Source of the DNA: Pseudomonadota bacterium
Lineage (GTDB): Bacteria; Bdellovibrionota_B; Oligoflexia; Oligoflexales; CAIYRB01
DNA: 64,000 nucleotides
Assembly: GCA_026390435.1 (NCBI GenBank)
Contig: JAPLFY010000039.1
Location: 41,163-105,162 of the forward strand
Direction: 5' to 3'
Shown here: positions 16,320 to 25,330 of the stretch, piece after piece
Layout: each line of letters begins with the position of its first letter
Numbering within the stretch: the first letter of the stretch is position 1
The notes under the pieces: generated by a model
The model's input: the letters and a program-made list of their open reading frames with translations, nothing else
What the model was told of the DNA's origin: nothing
Databases searched by the model: none
Position numbers and translations under genes: made by a program

Positions 16320-17036
16320 ATGAGCCAATGCAAGTACCGTCATGTCATGTTGAAGCTGTCAGGCGAGATGCTGGGCGGTAATCAAGGCTATGGAATCGAT
16401 GGAGATGCGCTGCTGATGATCGCCAGCGAGATTGCTGATGCCCATAACTTGGGTCTCATGGTCTCTGTGGTGATCGGTGGTGGTAATATCTTTCGTGGGT
16501 CGGCTGCTGCCAAGTGGGGCATTGAGCGCGCATCTGCGGACTATATGGGCATGCTGGCGACCATTATTAACGGTTTGGCCTTGCAGGCGACCTTGGAAAA
16601 CAAGTTCAACTTGCAGACACGGGTGATGACGGCGATCAGTATGCCGTCATTGGCCGAACCTTATATTCGCCGTAAAGCGATGAAGCACCTCGAAGAGAAA
16701 CGCATCGTGATTTTTGCCGGTGGAACGGGCAATCCGCTCTTTACGACGGACACTGCTGCCAGTCTGCGGGCACGTGAAGTGGGTGCTGATATCATCTTGA
16801 AAGCGACTAAGGTCGACGGGATTTACGATTCCGATCCGATGAAAAATCCGAACGCTAAAAAATACAAGAAGGTATCTTATCTAGACGTTATCTCGCAAAA
16901 GTTGGACGTTATGGATGCGACAGCCATCACCATGTGTATGGAAGCCAACCTCCCAATCATGGTATTTAAATTAGCTGAGCCGGGATCCGTTAGACAGGCT
17001 CTACTCAATGATGGCGTGGGTACAACTGTTAACTGA
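16320..17036 (+). CDS. pyrH: UMP kinase
   Basis: It carries LKLSGE...VIGGGNIFRG and belongs to the amino-acid kinase family, in the conserved position after tsf. Confidence 0.93.
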   Translation: MSQCKYRHVMLKLSGEMLGGNQGYGIDGDALLMIASEIADAHNLGLMVSVVIGGGNIFRGSAAAKWGIERASADYMGMLATIINGLALQATLENKFNLQTRVMTAISMPSLAEPYIRRKAMKHLEEKRIVIFAGGTGNPLFTTDTAASLRAREVGADIILKATKVDGIYDSDPMKNPNAKKYKKVSYLDVISQKLDVMDATAITMCMEANLPIMVFKLAEPGSVRQALLNDGVGTTVN

Positions 17037-17060
17037 ATTCCGAATGCAGAGGGGCAGACC

Positions 17061-17618
17061 ATGGCTGGTAATGTCGTTGAAACCTGTAAGCAAAACATGG
17101 ACAAGCGCGTTAAAGGCTTCGATGCCGACCTGTTAAAAGTGCGCACTGGCCGTGCATCCATTACTTTACTAGATGGTGTTAAGGTCGATTATTACGGCAA
17201 TCCTACACCGCTTAATCAGGTTGCTACGCTCTCGACCCCGGACGCTCGTACCATTACGGTCGCTCCCTATGAGAAGAAGTCGATTCAAGATATTGAGAAG
17301 GCCATCATGAAGGCCGATCTCGGTGTGCAGCCGACAAATGACGGAAATGTGGTGCGGGTTCCTATTCCCGCGCTTACCGAAGAGCGCCGTAAAGACATCG
17401 TCAAAAACCTGAAGAAAGTCGCCGAAGAAGCCAAAGTGGCGATTCGTAATATCCGTCGTGATTCCAATGACGAAGTGAAGAAGCAACTAAAAGACAAACT
17501 AATCAACGAAGATGACGCCAAGCGTTTGGAAGCTGAGGTGCAGAAGCACACGGACGCTTTCATAAAGGTGCTCGACGAGCGCCTAGCAAAAAAAGAGCAG
17601 GAAGTTCTTAAAGTCTGA
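17061..17618 (+). CDS. frr: Ribosome recycling factor
   Basis: 185 aa, with VRTGRASITLLDGVKVDYYG and LTEERRKDIVK, in the conserved position after pyrH. Confidence 0.95.
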   Translation: MAGNVVETCKQNMDKRVKGFDADLLKVRTGRASITLLDGVKVDYYGNPTPLNQVATLSTPDARTITVAPYEKKSIQDIEKAIMKADLGVQPTNDGNVVRVPIPALTEERRKDIVKNLKKVAEEAKVAIRNIRRDSNDEVKKQLKDKLINEDDAKRLEAEVQKHTDAFIKVLDERLAKKEQEVLKV

Positions 17619-17624
17619 GTCGCT

Positions 17625-19031
17625 ATGAGCTTTCTTGAGCGTTCAGCACTAGGGTTGGCGGCCGCGATCAGAGCTCGCAAAGTGAGCCCGGTTGAGGTCG
17701 CTAAGCATTATCTGTCTGTCATCGACAGGCTGAATCCTCAATTTAATGCTTTTGTCTGGCGCCGAGATGAGGAGTTTTTGGCTGAGGCCAAAGTAGCTGA
17801 AGACGCGGTGATGCGTGGTGATCAGCTGGCCCCATTTCACGGAGTGCCGATTCCGCTGAAGGATCTGACGGAAGCGACGGGTCAGAGTATGACCCATGGT
17901 TCGCGGGCGTCTCAAGGTAAGATTGGCCGCTTTGATACCACAGCTGTGAGCCTGCTGCGGAAGGCCGGCTTTCTCTTCATGGGACGTACAAACTCGCCGG
18001 AGTTTGGCACCTTGCCTGTCACTGAGAACGCGTTGCACGGTGCGACAAGAAATCCGCACGGGATTGGCTTCACTCCTGGCGGTTCGAGTGGCGGAGCTGC
18101 AGCGGCTGTTGCTGCCGGAATGGCGCCCATTGCGCATGCTAGTGACGGAGGAGGATCCATCCGCATACCCGCCTCATGCTGTGGCTTAGTCGGCTTGAAG
18201 CCAAGCCGTGCCCGTATTCCCAAGGGCCCCTTAGTGAGTGAGGTAATGCATGGGTTTACGACTGATGGGTGTGTCTCTTTAACTGTCGCTGATACTGCAG
18301 CGGTGCTCGATGTTCTGGCTCAGTACGATCCGACGGCCTGGATGACACTGCCGCGGCCAGAGACCAATTATCTTGAGAGTGCTAGTCGTAAGCCACCTCG
18401 TCTACGCATCGGCTTCACGGTTCAGGGGCCGTACTCAACGGTAGCAGTGGCCCAAAGCTGTATAGATGCAGTCACTCGCACGGCCACGATTTTGAGTGAG
18501 CTGGGTCATGATGTGAGGCCAGCGCAAATTGATTGGCCATCCTCGGACGAGTCGCTAGCGCGCGACTTTATTGCAGTATGGTGCACTGGTGCTGCCTATC
18601 AGGACGTTAAAGACTGGTCGCAGGTGGAGCCGTTGAATCAGCAGCTGCGAGCGATGGCAAAGGCTCAAAGTAGCCATGACTATCTGCAGGCAGTGTTGCG
18701 ACTTCAGGTATTCTCGCGCAAGATTTTGCATTCTTGGGGCAAGGACTTTGACGTTCTGCTCACGCCAACTATGGCGATGGAACCACCACCGATTGGCTGG
18801 TTATTTGAGAATGGCGAGACGGACGCAGAAAGACTGCTGTGGCGTTGTACGGAAATGGTGCCGTACACCGGATGGTGCAATGTGACAGGGCAGCCTGCTA
18901 TTTCCCTGCCAACTTATACGGCACCATCCGGACTGCCTGTTGGGGTGCAATTGGTGGCACCGCCGGCACGTGAAGATATCTTATTGATGTTGGGGACGGA
19001 ACTTGAGCAGGTGTGTGGTTGGGCGGATTAG
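17625..19031 (+). CDS. Amidase-signature family amidase
   Basis: The amidase signature GGSSGGAAAAVAAGMAPIAHASDGGGSIRIPAS is present. The gene starts 6 nt after frr. Confidence 0.85.
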   Translation: MSFLERSALGLAAAIRARKVSPVEVAKHYLSVIDRLNPQFNAFVWRRDEEFLAEAKVAEDAVMRGDQLAPFHGVPIPLKDLTEATGQSMTHGSRASQGKIGRFDTTAVSLLRKAGFLFMGRTNSPEFGTLPVTENALHGATRNPHGIGFTPGGSSGGAAAAVAAGMAPIAHASDGGGSIRIPASCCGLVGLKPSRARIPKGPLVSEVMHGFTTDGCVSLTVADTAAVLDVLAQYDPTAWMTLPRPETNYLESASRKPPRLRIGFTVQGPYSTVAVAQSCIDAVTRTATILSELGHDVRPAQIDWPSSDESLARDFIAVWCTGAAYQDVKDWSQVEPLNQQLRAMAKAQSSHDYLQAVLRLQVFSRKILHSWGKDFDVLLTPTMAMEPPPIGWLFENGETDAERLLWRCTEMVPYTGWCNVTGQPAISLPTYTAPSGLPVGVQLVAPPAREDILLMLGTELEQVCGWAD

Positions 19032-19060
19032 CTCTCTGAGGTTTTCCGGGCGCTTTTAAG

Positions 19061-20395
19061 TTAAAGCTCTTTTGACGGTTCGTTCAGCGTGGCTAGCTGG
19101 CGTTTTTTAATCCGCTCCACGAGCGTCGTGCGGTTAAGGCCAAGTAACTTGGCAGCTTGATTGCGATTATTGCCGGTACGTTCAAGTGCTTGGCGGATCA
19201 AATCGTTTTCTAGGGATTCTATGTAGCCGGCCAGGTCCAGCCCATGCTCGGGGAGACGGCCGAACTCGGCTGGATATACTGTTTGCGGGCGACCCGTAAT
19301 ACCGCTGCTATCGGTGGAGTGCCGAGGCGTTTGCGGCAGATGAAAACGAGGGGCTTGAGTGATTACATGCGCACTCGGCATTATCGGAGGCGTAACACCA
19401 GTATCCTGGTGTTCAGGCGCAAACAGGATCTCGTTCGGCAGGTCATCGACATCGATGAGGCCGCCGCCTTTCATGACGATGAGGCGCTCGACTAGATTCT
19501 GCAGCTGCCTAACATTACCTGGCCAAGAGTAACCAGACAGCACTTCAATTAGTGAATCACTGAGGTAACCCGGCTTGGACAAACAGTGGACTCGATTAGC
19601 ACTCTCGATAAAATGAGCGAGTAAGTGTGGTACATCCTCTTTACGCTCGCGCAATGCTGGTAAATAAATCGGCAGGACATTAAGCCGGTAATAAAGATCT
19701 TGGCGGAAGGTGCCTCGTTTCATGGCTTGTTCAAGGTTCATATTCGTGGCGGCGATGACGCGAACATTTACCTCGTGCATGATGTTACTTCCTAAGGAAG
19801 CAAACTTCTTGTCTTGGAGCACTCGCAGGAGCTTGGCCTGCAGTAGGGGCGGCATGTCTCCAATTTCATCAAGAAAAATGGTTCCGCCCTCAGCGAATTG
19901 AAACTTCCCGATCACGCGCTTGTCGGCACCGGTGAAGGCGCCTTTTTCGTGACCGAATAGCTCGCTTTCGAGGAGTGTGTCAGGAATAGCACTGCAATTA
20001 AGTGGCACATATGGCCGCACAGAGCGATTGGACAAGCGGTGCAAAGCGGCGGCTATGAGTTCTTTGCCTGTGCCGCTTTCGCCCAAAATGAGCACGGAAC
20101 TATCCGAACGCGCAACTTTGGCGACCGTTTCGAGCACCGTCATCATGGACTTGGCATGGCCAATGACTTCCGGGAAGTACTGGCGCCAGTGATCGGCTAT
20201 CCCACTTGGTCGCTCGTCGAGCAGGAAAGATTGCTCAGTAGATTTGTTGCCAAAGCCATTCGGACCTAATGTGCGCATGGAAGGGGCGTCCTCCGGTCGG
20301 GTTCGGGCGGTAGAGTAGATAGGGATGATGAGATTGAGACGGGAAATGGGGGCATAGCCGGCTGTGCTGCCAGCAGCGAGAGAAGGTTGGTGCAC
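19061..20395 (-). CDS. Sigma-54-dependent transcriptional activator (bEBP) without a recognisable N-terminal sensor/receiver domain
   Basis: The AAA+ core has Walker A GESGTGKE and the sigma-54 contact loop ESELFGHEKGAFTGA. The C-terminus has a Fis-type HTH (NRNQAAKLLGLNRTTLVERIKK). The start is ambiguous between GTG 20395 and ATG 20278. At most ~80 aa precede the AAA+ domain. Confidence 0.85.
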   Translation of the reverse strand: MHQPSLAAGSTAGYAPISRLNLIIPIYSTARTRPEDAPSMRTLGPNGFGNKSTEQSFLLDERPSGIADHWRQYFPEVIGHAKSMMTVLETVAKVARSDSSVLILGESGTGKELIAAALHRLSNRSVRPYVPLNCSAIPDTLLESELFGHEKGAFTGADKRVIGKFQFAEGGTIFLDEIGDMPPLLQAKLLRVLQDKKFASLGSNIMHEVNVRVIAATNMNLEQAMKRGTFRQDLYYRLNVLPIYLPALRERKEDVPHLLAHFIESANRVHCLSKPGYLSDSLIEVLSGYSWPGNVRQLQNLVERLIVMKGGGLIDVDDLPNEILFAPEHQDTGVTPPIMPSAHVITQAPRFHLPQTPRHSTDSSGITGRPQTVYPAEFGRLPEHGLDLAGYIESLENDLIRQALERTGNNRNQAAKLLGLNRTTLVERIKKRQLATLNEPSKEL

Positions 20396-20567
20396 CGTGT
20401 ACTTTTATCTTACCAAATCCGACAATTGCCGTGCAAATATTGCCGCTACATCTCCCCTGTCAGGGGTGAGTGTCTGAGGAGCAAAAGTCGACGAAAAAAG
20501 CTTTGCCGGCGGCAGCCTGGGTGCGCTTTAATGGGGCTACATTGACGATAATTGGCGATGGTATTTT

Positions 20568-21659
20568 ATGCGGGTTGCTTTTGTTCATGATTGGCTGGTG
20601 ACCTACCGTGGTGGGGAGAAAGTCCTTGCGGCTTTGCTCGAACTTTACCCAGAGGCGCCAATCTTTACCTTGTTTTACGACCGGGCGACGATGCCGCCTA
20701 CAATCACGGAGCGGCGAGTAGTGGTGCCGCCTGTGCTAAATAGTGTCCGGCGACTCAGAAAGCTTATGCTCCCGCTGCTCCCGCGGGCCATAGAGAGTCT
20801 GCCACTTCGTGACTACGACTTGTTGATCAGTACCTCCTCGTGCGTGGCTAAAGGTGCGATTAAAGGGCCCAATGCCAAGCATCTTTGCTATATCCATTCC
20901 CCGATGCGTTACATTTGGGATCAGCAAGCGGAGTATATTGCCGGCGTGAAACATATCCCTGGAGCAGCTGCTGGCATCAGAGCCATGACACCCGGATTGC
21001 GCCGCTGGGATGTTGGCAGTGCCGCAAGGGTAGACCGCTTCATCGCCAACTCTTCCTTTGTCCGTGATCGGGTGCGGCGTTTGTATGGCCACGAAGCTGG
21101 GGTTGTTCATCCACCCATTGCGGTCGAGAGCTTTCGCCCTTCCACGGTTCGTGGCGACTATTTTTTGGCAGCTGGAGCCTTGGTGTCTTATAAGCGCTTT
21201 GACTTGGCTATCGCTGCTTGCCTGAAGTTAGGTCGGCGCTTAGTTATTGCAGGGTCTGGACCGATGGAGAATGCGCTGCGGGCGCAGGCCGCAGGTCACG
21301 TTGAATTCGTCATCAACCCAAGTGATGCTGTTTTAGCTCGCCTCATGGCTGAGGCAGAGGCTCTGCTATTTCCTGGGGTTGAAGATTTCGGCATGATTGC
21401 GATCGAAGCAATGGCAGCGGGAACGCCAGTGATTGCTTTTGCTGCCGGTGGAGCTCGTGATTTCGTGATTCCTGGTTACACGGGCGCCTTCTTTGAAGAT
21501 CCAAACACAGAATCTTTAGCGGCGGTGATCGCGGCGTTTAAGCGCGATCAATTCGCCGCCTCAGCTCTCGTAGAATACGCTGCTGGATACAATCGCAATC
21601 ATTTTTTACAACGCATGCGTGGCGAGATCGCGGCGCTGATGTCCGGGAGTCCTTCGTGA
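20568..21659 (+). CDS. Glycosyltransferase family 4 (GT-B, group 1)
   Basis: The N-terminus is MRVAFVHDWLVTYRGGEKV and the C-terminus has the EX7E-type motif FPGVEDFGMIAIEAMAAGTPVIA. Confidence 0.8.
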   Translation: MRVAFVHDWLVTYRGGEKVLAALLELYPEAPIFTLFYDRATMPPTITERRVVVPPVLNSVRRLRKLMLPLLPRAIESLPLRDYDLLISTSSCVAKGAIKGPNAKHLCYIHSPMRYIWDQQAEYIAGVKHIPGAAAGIRAMTPGLRRWDVGSAARVDRFIANSSFVRDRVRRLYGHEAGVVHPPIAVESFRPSTVRGDYFLAAGALVSYKRFDLAIAACLKLGRRLVIAGSGPMENALRAQAAGHVEFVINPSDAVLARLMAEAEALLFPGVEDFGMIAIEAMAAGTPVIAFAAGGARDFVIPGYTGAFFEDPNTESLAAVIAAFKRDQFAASALVEYAAGYNRNHFLQRMRGEIAALMSGSPS

Positions 21660-23074
21660 GCCGTCGAGATAATGACCTCTTATTAATGCTGCGAGTCATA
21701 TCCGACGTGATCATGGTCATGTTGGCCTGGGTGCTTGCGTTTACGTTGCGTTTTTCTGGGATCCTCCCCATCACTAAGGGTATCCCCGAGCCGATTCTTT
21801 ATATGAAGCTGCTGCCCTTTGTGGCGGTCATTTGGCTCTTGGTTTTTGCATTATCGGGATTTTACCGTCGTACGCGACGGTCAAGGTCGGCGTTTTTGGA
21901 GGCGCTTGATGTTATCCAAAGTTGTTTTCTAGCGACGATTGCTTTCATCGCATTCACCTATGTCTACGAGGAGTATCGTTACTCGCGTGTCGTGATGGTG
22001 ATTTTTGCGTTGTTGCATCCTTGGTTTATCATGGCAGGCCGCAGCGGGATTCGAAAGGCATTAAGACTCTACCGTCGAACGGCCACGCCAAGGCAGACAC
22101 TGATTATCGGCAGCGGTGACGGGCTACGGCAGGCTGTTGATATGACTCGGACTGGAGATTTAACGCGCGGTGAGATTCTTGGCGTGATGCTAGCCGGGCC
22201 TGCAGAACTCGTGGAGGCAGGAGCTCAACTCTGCCGGGACAATCAATTGCAGATGCTATCATTGCCGATTAGTTGGACGGATTTCTTTTCGCAGCATCCG
22301 ACGGCGACCGTTGTTTTTGCTCTGCCGCACAGTGCTTACGGTTTACTCGATCAAGCACTCGAGCAGATTGCCGATCAGGTTCCAGATGTGCGGTTACTAC
22401 CCGACTTGGCTAGGTTCAGTCGTTTTTCTACTGGCGTTGATATTATTAGCGGCACGCCAGTCGTTACCATTAATGAAAGCCCGCTGGCCGGTGCGGGTAG
22501 CCTAATTAAGCGTGCTGTTGATGTGCTAGGAGCCCTGGTGGCGATCACATTATTTAGTCCGATTTTGGCCATCGTCGCTATTGTAGTCGCTGTGACCTCC
22601 ACGGGGCCGGTGCTTTATCGTCAAGAGCGTATGGGCGTGGACGGTAAGACCTTCTATATGCTCAAATTTCGCTCCATGCGTGTAGATGCAGAACAGGTGT
22701 CAGGAGCTGTATGGGCGAGTGCCGGGGACGACCGTACCACTCCTGTGGGCAAATGGTTGCGGCGTACTAGCCTCGACGAGCTGCCGCAGTTCTTTAATGT
22801 CTTGCGCGGTGAGATGAGTTTGGTGGGTCCGAGGCCAGAACGTCCTGTATTTGTAGAGCAATTTCGTCGCAAAGTACCTGGTTACTATCTCCGCCATAAA
22901 ACCAAGGCCGGGATCACTGGGTGGGCTCAGGTCAATGGCTGGCGCGGCAATACTAGTATCGAAAAACGCATTGAATGCGATCTCTACTACATCCAGCATT
23001 GGTCGCTGTTACTGGATGTGAAGATCATTTTCTTGACCGTGTTCAAAGGTTTCATCAATCGCAACGCCTATTGA
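21656..23074 (+). CDS. Polyprenyl-phosphate hexose-1-phosphate transferase (WbaP/WcaJ-type EPS priming sugar transferase)
   Basis: N-terminal TM helices precede the bacterial sugar transferase domain PVLYRQERMGVDGKTFYMLKFRSM...DELPQFFNVLRGEMSLVGPRPERP. The GTG start overlaps the upstream stop (GTGA). Confidence 0.85.
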   Translation: MSRRDNDLLLMLRVISDVIMVMLAWVLAFTLRFSGILPITKGIPEPILYMKLLPFVAVIWLLVFALSGFYRRTRRSRSAFLEALDVIQSCFLATIAFIAFTYVYEEYRYSRVVMVIFALLHPWFIMAGRSGIRKALRLYRRTATPRQTLIIGSGDGLRQAVDMTRTGDLTRGEILGVMLAGPAELVEAGAQLCRDNQLQMLSLPISWTDFFSQHPTATVVFALPHSAYGLLDQALEQIADQVPDVRLLPDLARFSRFSTGVDIISGTPVVTINESPLAGAGSLIKRAVDVLGALVAITLFSPILAIVAIVVAVTSTGPVLYRQERMGVDGKTFYMLKFRSMRVDAEQVSGAVWASAGDDRTTPVGKWLRRTSLDELPQFFNVLRGEMSLVGPRPERPVFVEQFRRKVPGYYLRHKTKAGITGWAQVNGWRGNTSIEKRIECDLYYIQHWSLLLDVKIIFLTVFKGFINRNAY

Positions 23075-23167
23075 ACCGCCGAGTTAGTTTGCTGCGCCTT
23101 ATCGTACGTTGAAATTCAATAGTGCCGATGCTATCTGAGTCATCCCTAGACTTCAGGAGGCATGGGT

Positions 23168-23644
23168 ATGGCAAAGAATTTGGGTACGGATCAGATTTTA
23201 GGCGTCGGCAGCTTGGGCGTCACCAAGGCAAGTTCGTTTGTTAAAGAGTTTCGCGATTTTGCTCTTAAAGGCAACGTCGTTGATTTAGCGGTCGGTGTCA
23301 TCATCGGTGCCGCCTTCGCCAAGATCGTTGATTCCATGGTGAAGAATATACTTATGCCGCTTATCAGCCTGTTCTTTCCGTCTGAGCAAAGTTACCTTGG
23401 CTGGAAATATGCCGTTGGCAACAAGGAAATCCCTTACGGGCTATTCATTGGCGACATCGTTAACTTTATTATTGTCGCCTTGGCGCTATTCCTCTTTGTG
23501 GTGAAGTTTCTCGGCTGGGTCTCACGTCGTCGCACCGCTGAAGAAGTCGCAGCGGCCAAAGCTGCGCCACCTCCGGCTCCGACTAAAGATCAGGAGCTGC
23601 TTGCTGAAATCCGCGATCTCATGGCTCGCCAGTCGCGCGGCTAA
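23168..23644 (+). CDS. mscL: Large-conductance mechanosensitive channel
   Basis: EFRDFALKGNVVDLAVGVIIGAAFAKIVDSMVKNILMPLI is present. The AGGAGG RBS lies 7 nt before the second ATG (23168). An in-frame ATG at 23162 is too close to the RBS. Confidence 0.9.
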   Translation: MAKNLGTDQILGVGSLGVTKASSFVKEFRDFALKGNVVDLAVGVIIGAAFAKIVDSMVKNILMPLISLFFPSEQSYLGWKYAVGNKEIPYGLFIGDIVNFIIVALALFLFVVKFLGWVSRRRTAEEVAAAKAAPPPAPTKDQELLAEIRDLMARQSRG

Positions 23645-23693
23645 TGAGTCTGGTTAAGGTTGACTTGAATTAATTGCAGAATGGAGATGAACG

Positions 23694-24737
23694 ATGAAGC
23701 TTTTAACATGTGTTATTTCTGTTTGTTCAGCTTGGGTGTTGAGCGCATCAGCGTTCGCGCAAGGTGTTGCGAAGCCGGCTACCTCAGGTACGACCGAAGC
23801 AAAAAGCGTTGAGTTGGCCAGCGACAAATTGCCAGCCAAAGACGGCTTTTCTGATTTGGAATCGGTCACCGGTGGATCGAACGTTATTGATCAGCAAAAC
23901 GTCAACGGCCAGCAAAGTGGTACTTCAACGCTGTACAACTTGGATCTGTCCAGTGACCTCAACTACCGTCGTAATCAACAGTCCGTTAGTAACAACCTAA
24001 CAGTGAACGAATCCTTCTCGCGGACGCCGGCATTGCCGCGTTTGATTAAGTCTACCGATGCGGTCCGTTTCGTCAGCATGTACCGTTACTTTTTTACTAG
24101 CACCAGTCCCTTCGGCGTTTACGGTCGTTTCAAAGCTTCGACTTCAGCATTTGAGTCCTATGATGAGCGTGCTTCGCCGGTAAACTACGAGCGTCAAAAT
24201 CGCGATGGAACATCGTCGACAGAGACAGGTAAATTCCGCACCAAGTTAGCAGCTGGTTTCGCGCCGCAGGAATACAAAGAAGCCTTTGGTATTTTTGTTA
24301 GCCCATTTGATCACGAAGCGTTTCGGGCTGAGGTTCGTGCCGGTCCAGCGGCAGTGCAAACTCTGTCGAAAGATGCCTACTACACGAATACGAGCAAAGA
24401 CGGTTTAGTGGTTTTGACCGAAGTCGGTGACGTACATGCATTCGGTGCTGAAGCTGCGGTGGAAGTCAAAGGCGTTCTTCTCGACAAGAAACTAGACTAC
24501 GTAGCATCGGTTGAAGCTTTGTATCCCCTGATGTATTCGCCAAAACCCGCGAACTCCCCAGAGACATCCAAACTGGTGAACTACGAAGCCGTGGCCGCAG
24601 TCCGCTATAAGCTAAGTGATTGGCTGGGCATTACCGCTCAAGCTAAATCGAAGCGTAACCCAATGATTCGCCCAGAAGCGGAAGTTGTGAAGAGCGTGCT
24701 GTTGACTGCGACTTTGAAGAGGTCGTTCCTCGACTAA
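23694..24737 (+). CDS. Hypothetical secreted/outer-membrane protein
   Basis: It has a clear signal peptide (MKLLTCVISVCSAWVLSASAFAQG), a GGAGA RBS 6 nt upstream, and beta-strand-like alternating segments. I recognise no family with confidence. Confidence 0.55.
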   Translation: MKLLTCVISVCSAWVLSASAFAQGVAKPATSGTTEAKSVELASDKLPAKDGFSDLESVTGGSNVIDQQNVNGQQSGTSTLYNLDLSSDLNYRRNQQSVSNNLTVNESFSRTPALPRLIKSTDAVRFVSMYRYFFTSTSPFGVYGRFKASTSAFESYDERASPVNYERQNRDGTSSTETGKFRTKLAAGFAPQEYKEAFGIFVSPFDHEAFRAEVRAGPAAVQTLSKDAYYTNTSKDGLVVLTEVGDVHAFGAEAAVEVKGVLLDKKLDYVASVEALYPLMYSPKPANSPETSKLVNYEAVAAVRYKLSDWLGITAQAKSKRNPMIRPEAEVVKSVLLTATLKRSFLD

Positions 24738-24772
24738 CTGGCTACGCTTGCAGATAAAAAGCAACATTGTAA

Positions 24773-24806
24773 TAAAAAAGGGACCCGGTTGGGTCCCTTG
24801 TTTTTT
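24773..24806. terminator. Bidirectional rho-independent terminator between convergent genes
   Basis: There is a perfect 7-bp GC-rich stem GGGACCC/GGGTCCC (24780-24786 and 24791-24797) with a GGTT loop. It is flanked by an A-run upstream and a T-run downstream. Confidence 0.8.
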
Positions 24807-25119
24807 ACTGAGCAGCCTTGCCGGTAAGGGCCGTGAAGTCTGATTTCACGTCGGAATCAGGGTAAACATCGGTGGCGAATTTCGGCATGCCGCGTCCTCC
24901 TGTGCGTACCTTAGTGCTAAAAGTTGCGTAATCTACAGCCTTTAGGCTTGGGCCCGTGTCTCCCTCGCCAGCGGCTCCGTGGCAGTTGGCGCATTTGCCG
25001 GTGAACGTCGTTGAAAAAGCTGCAGCTACTTTGACTTGCGACATTGAACTTGGGCGACCGCAGGCCAGTGCGAGGGTGCCGAATGTGACGGTGACGGTTA
25101 GGACTGTAAATAATTTCAA
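24805..25119 (-). CDS. Small class-I c-type cytochrome, probable lipoprotein/periplasmic
   Basis: It has a single CANCH haem motif and a hydrophobic N-terminus ending LALAC. The TTG at 25117-25119 is preceded by GGAGA 7 nt upstream, so it was chosen over the longer ORF-track start (25224). Confidence 0.7.
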   Translation of the reverse strand: MKLFTVLTVTVTFGTLALACGRPSSMSQVKVAAAFSTTFTGKCANCHGAAGEGDTGPSLKAVDYATFSTKVRTGGRGMPKFATDVYPDSDVKSDFTALTGKAAQ

Positions 25120-25330
25120 GGTGTTGTCTCCCAGGGAGTGAAGGGGCAGCCGTGCGGTTTGCGTGTGTCTGCCCACCGGACAAAGTCCGGACGCCGACTT
25201 AGCCCATCGGAGTTCATAGGTCAACTACAGCCTAAGATTGCCCAGGATTAAAGTCTTGCTTTGATAGGCTTGCGTCGATAAAAGTCCGATCAGCAAATTT
25301 TCAGTGAGAGTTGCTCTCAGGAGGCATTCG

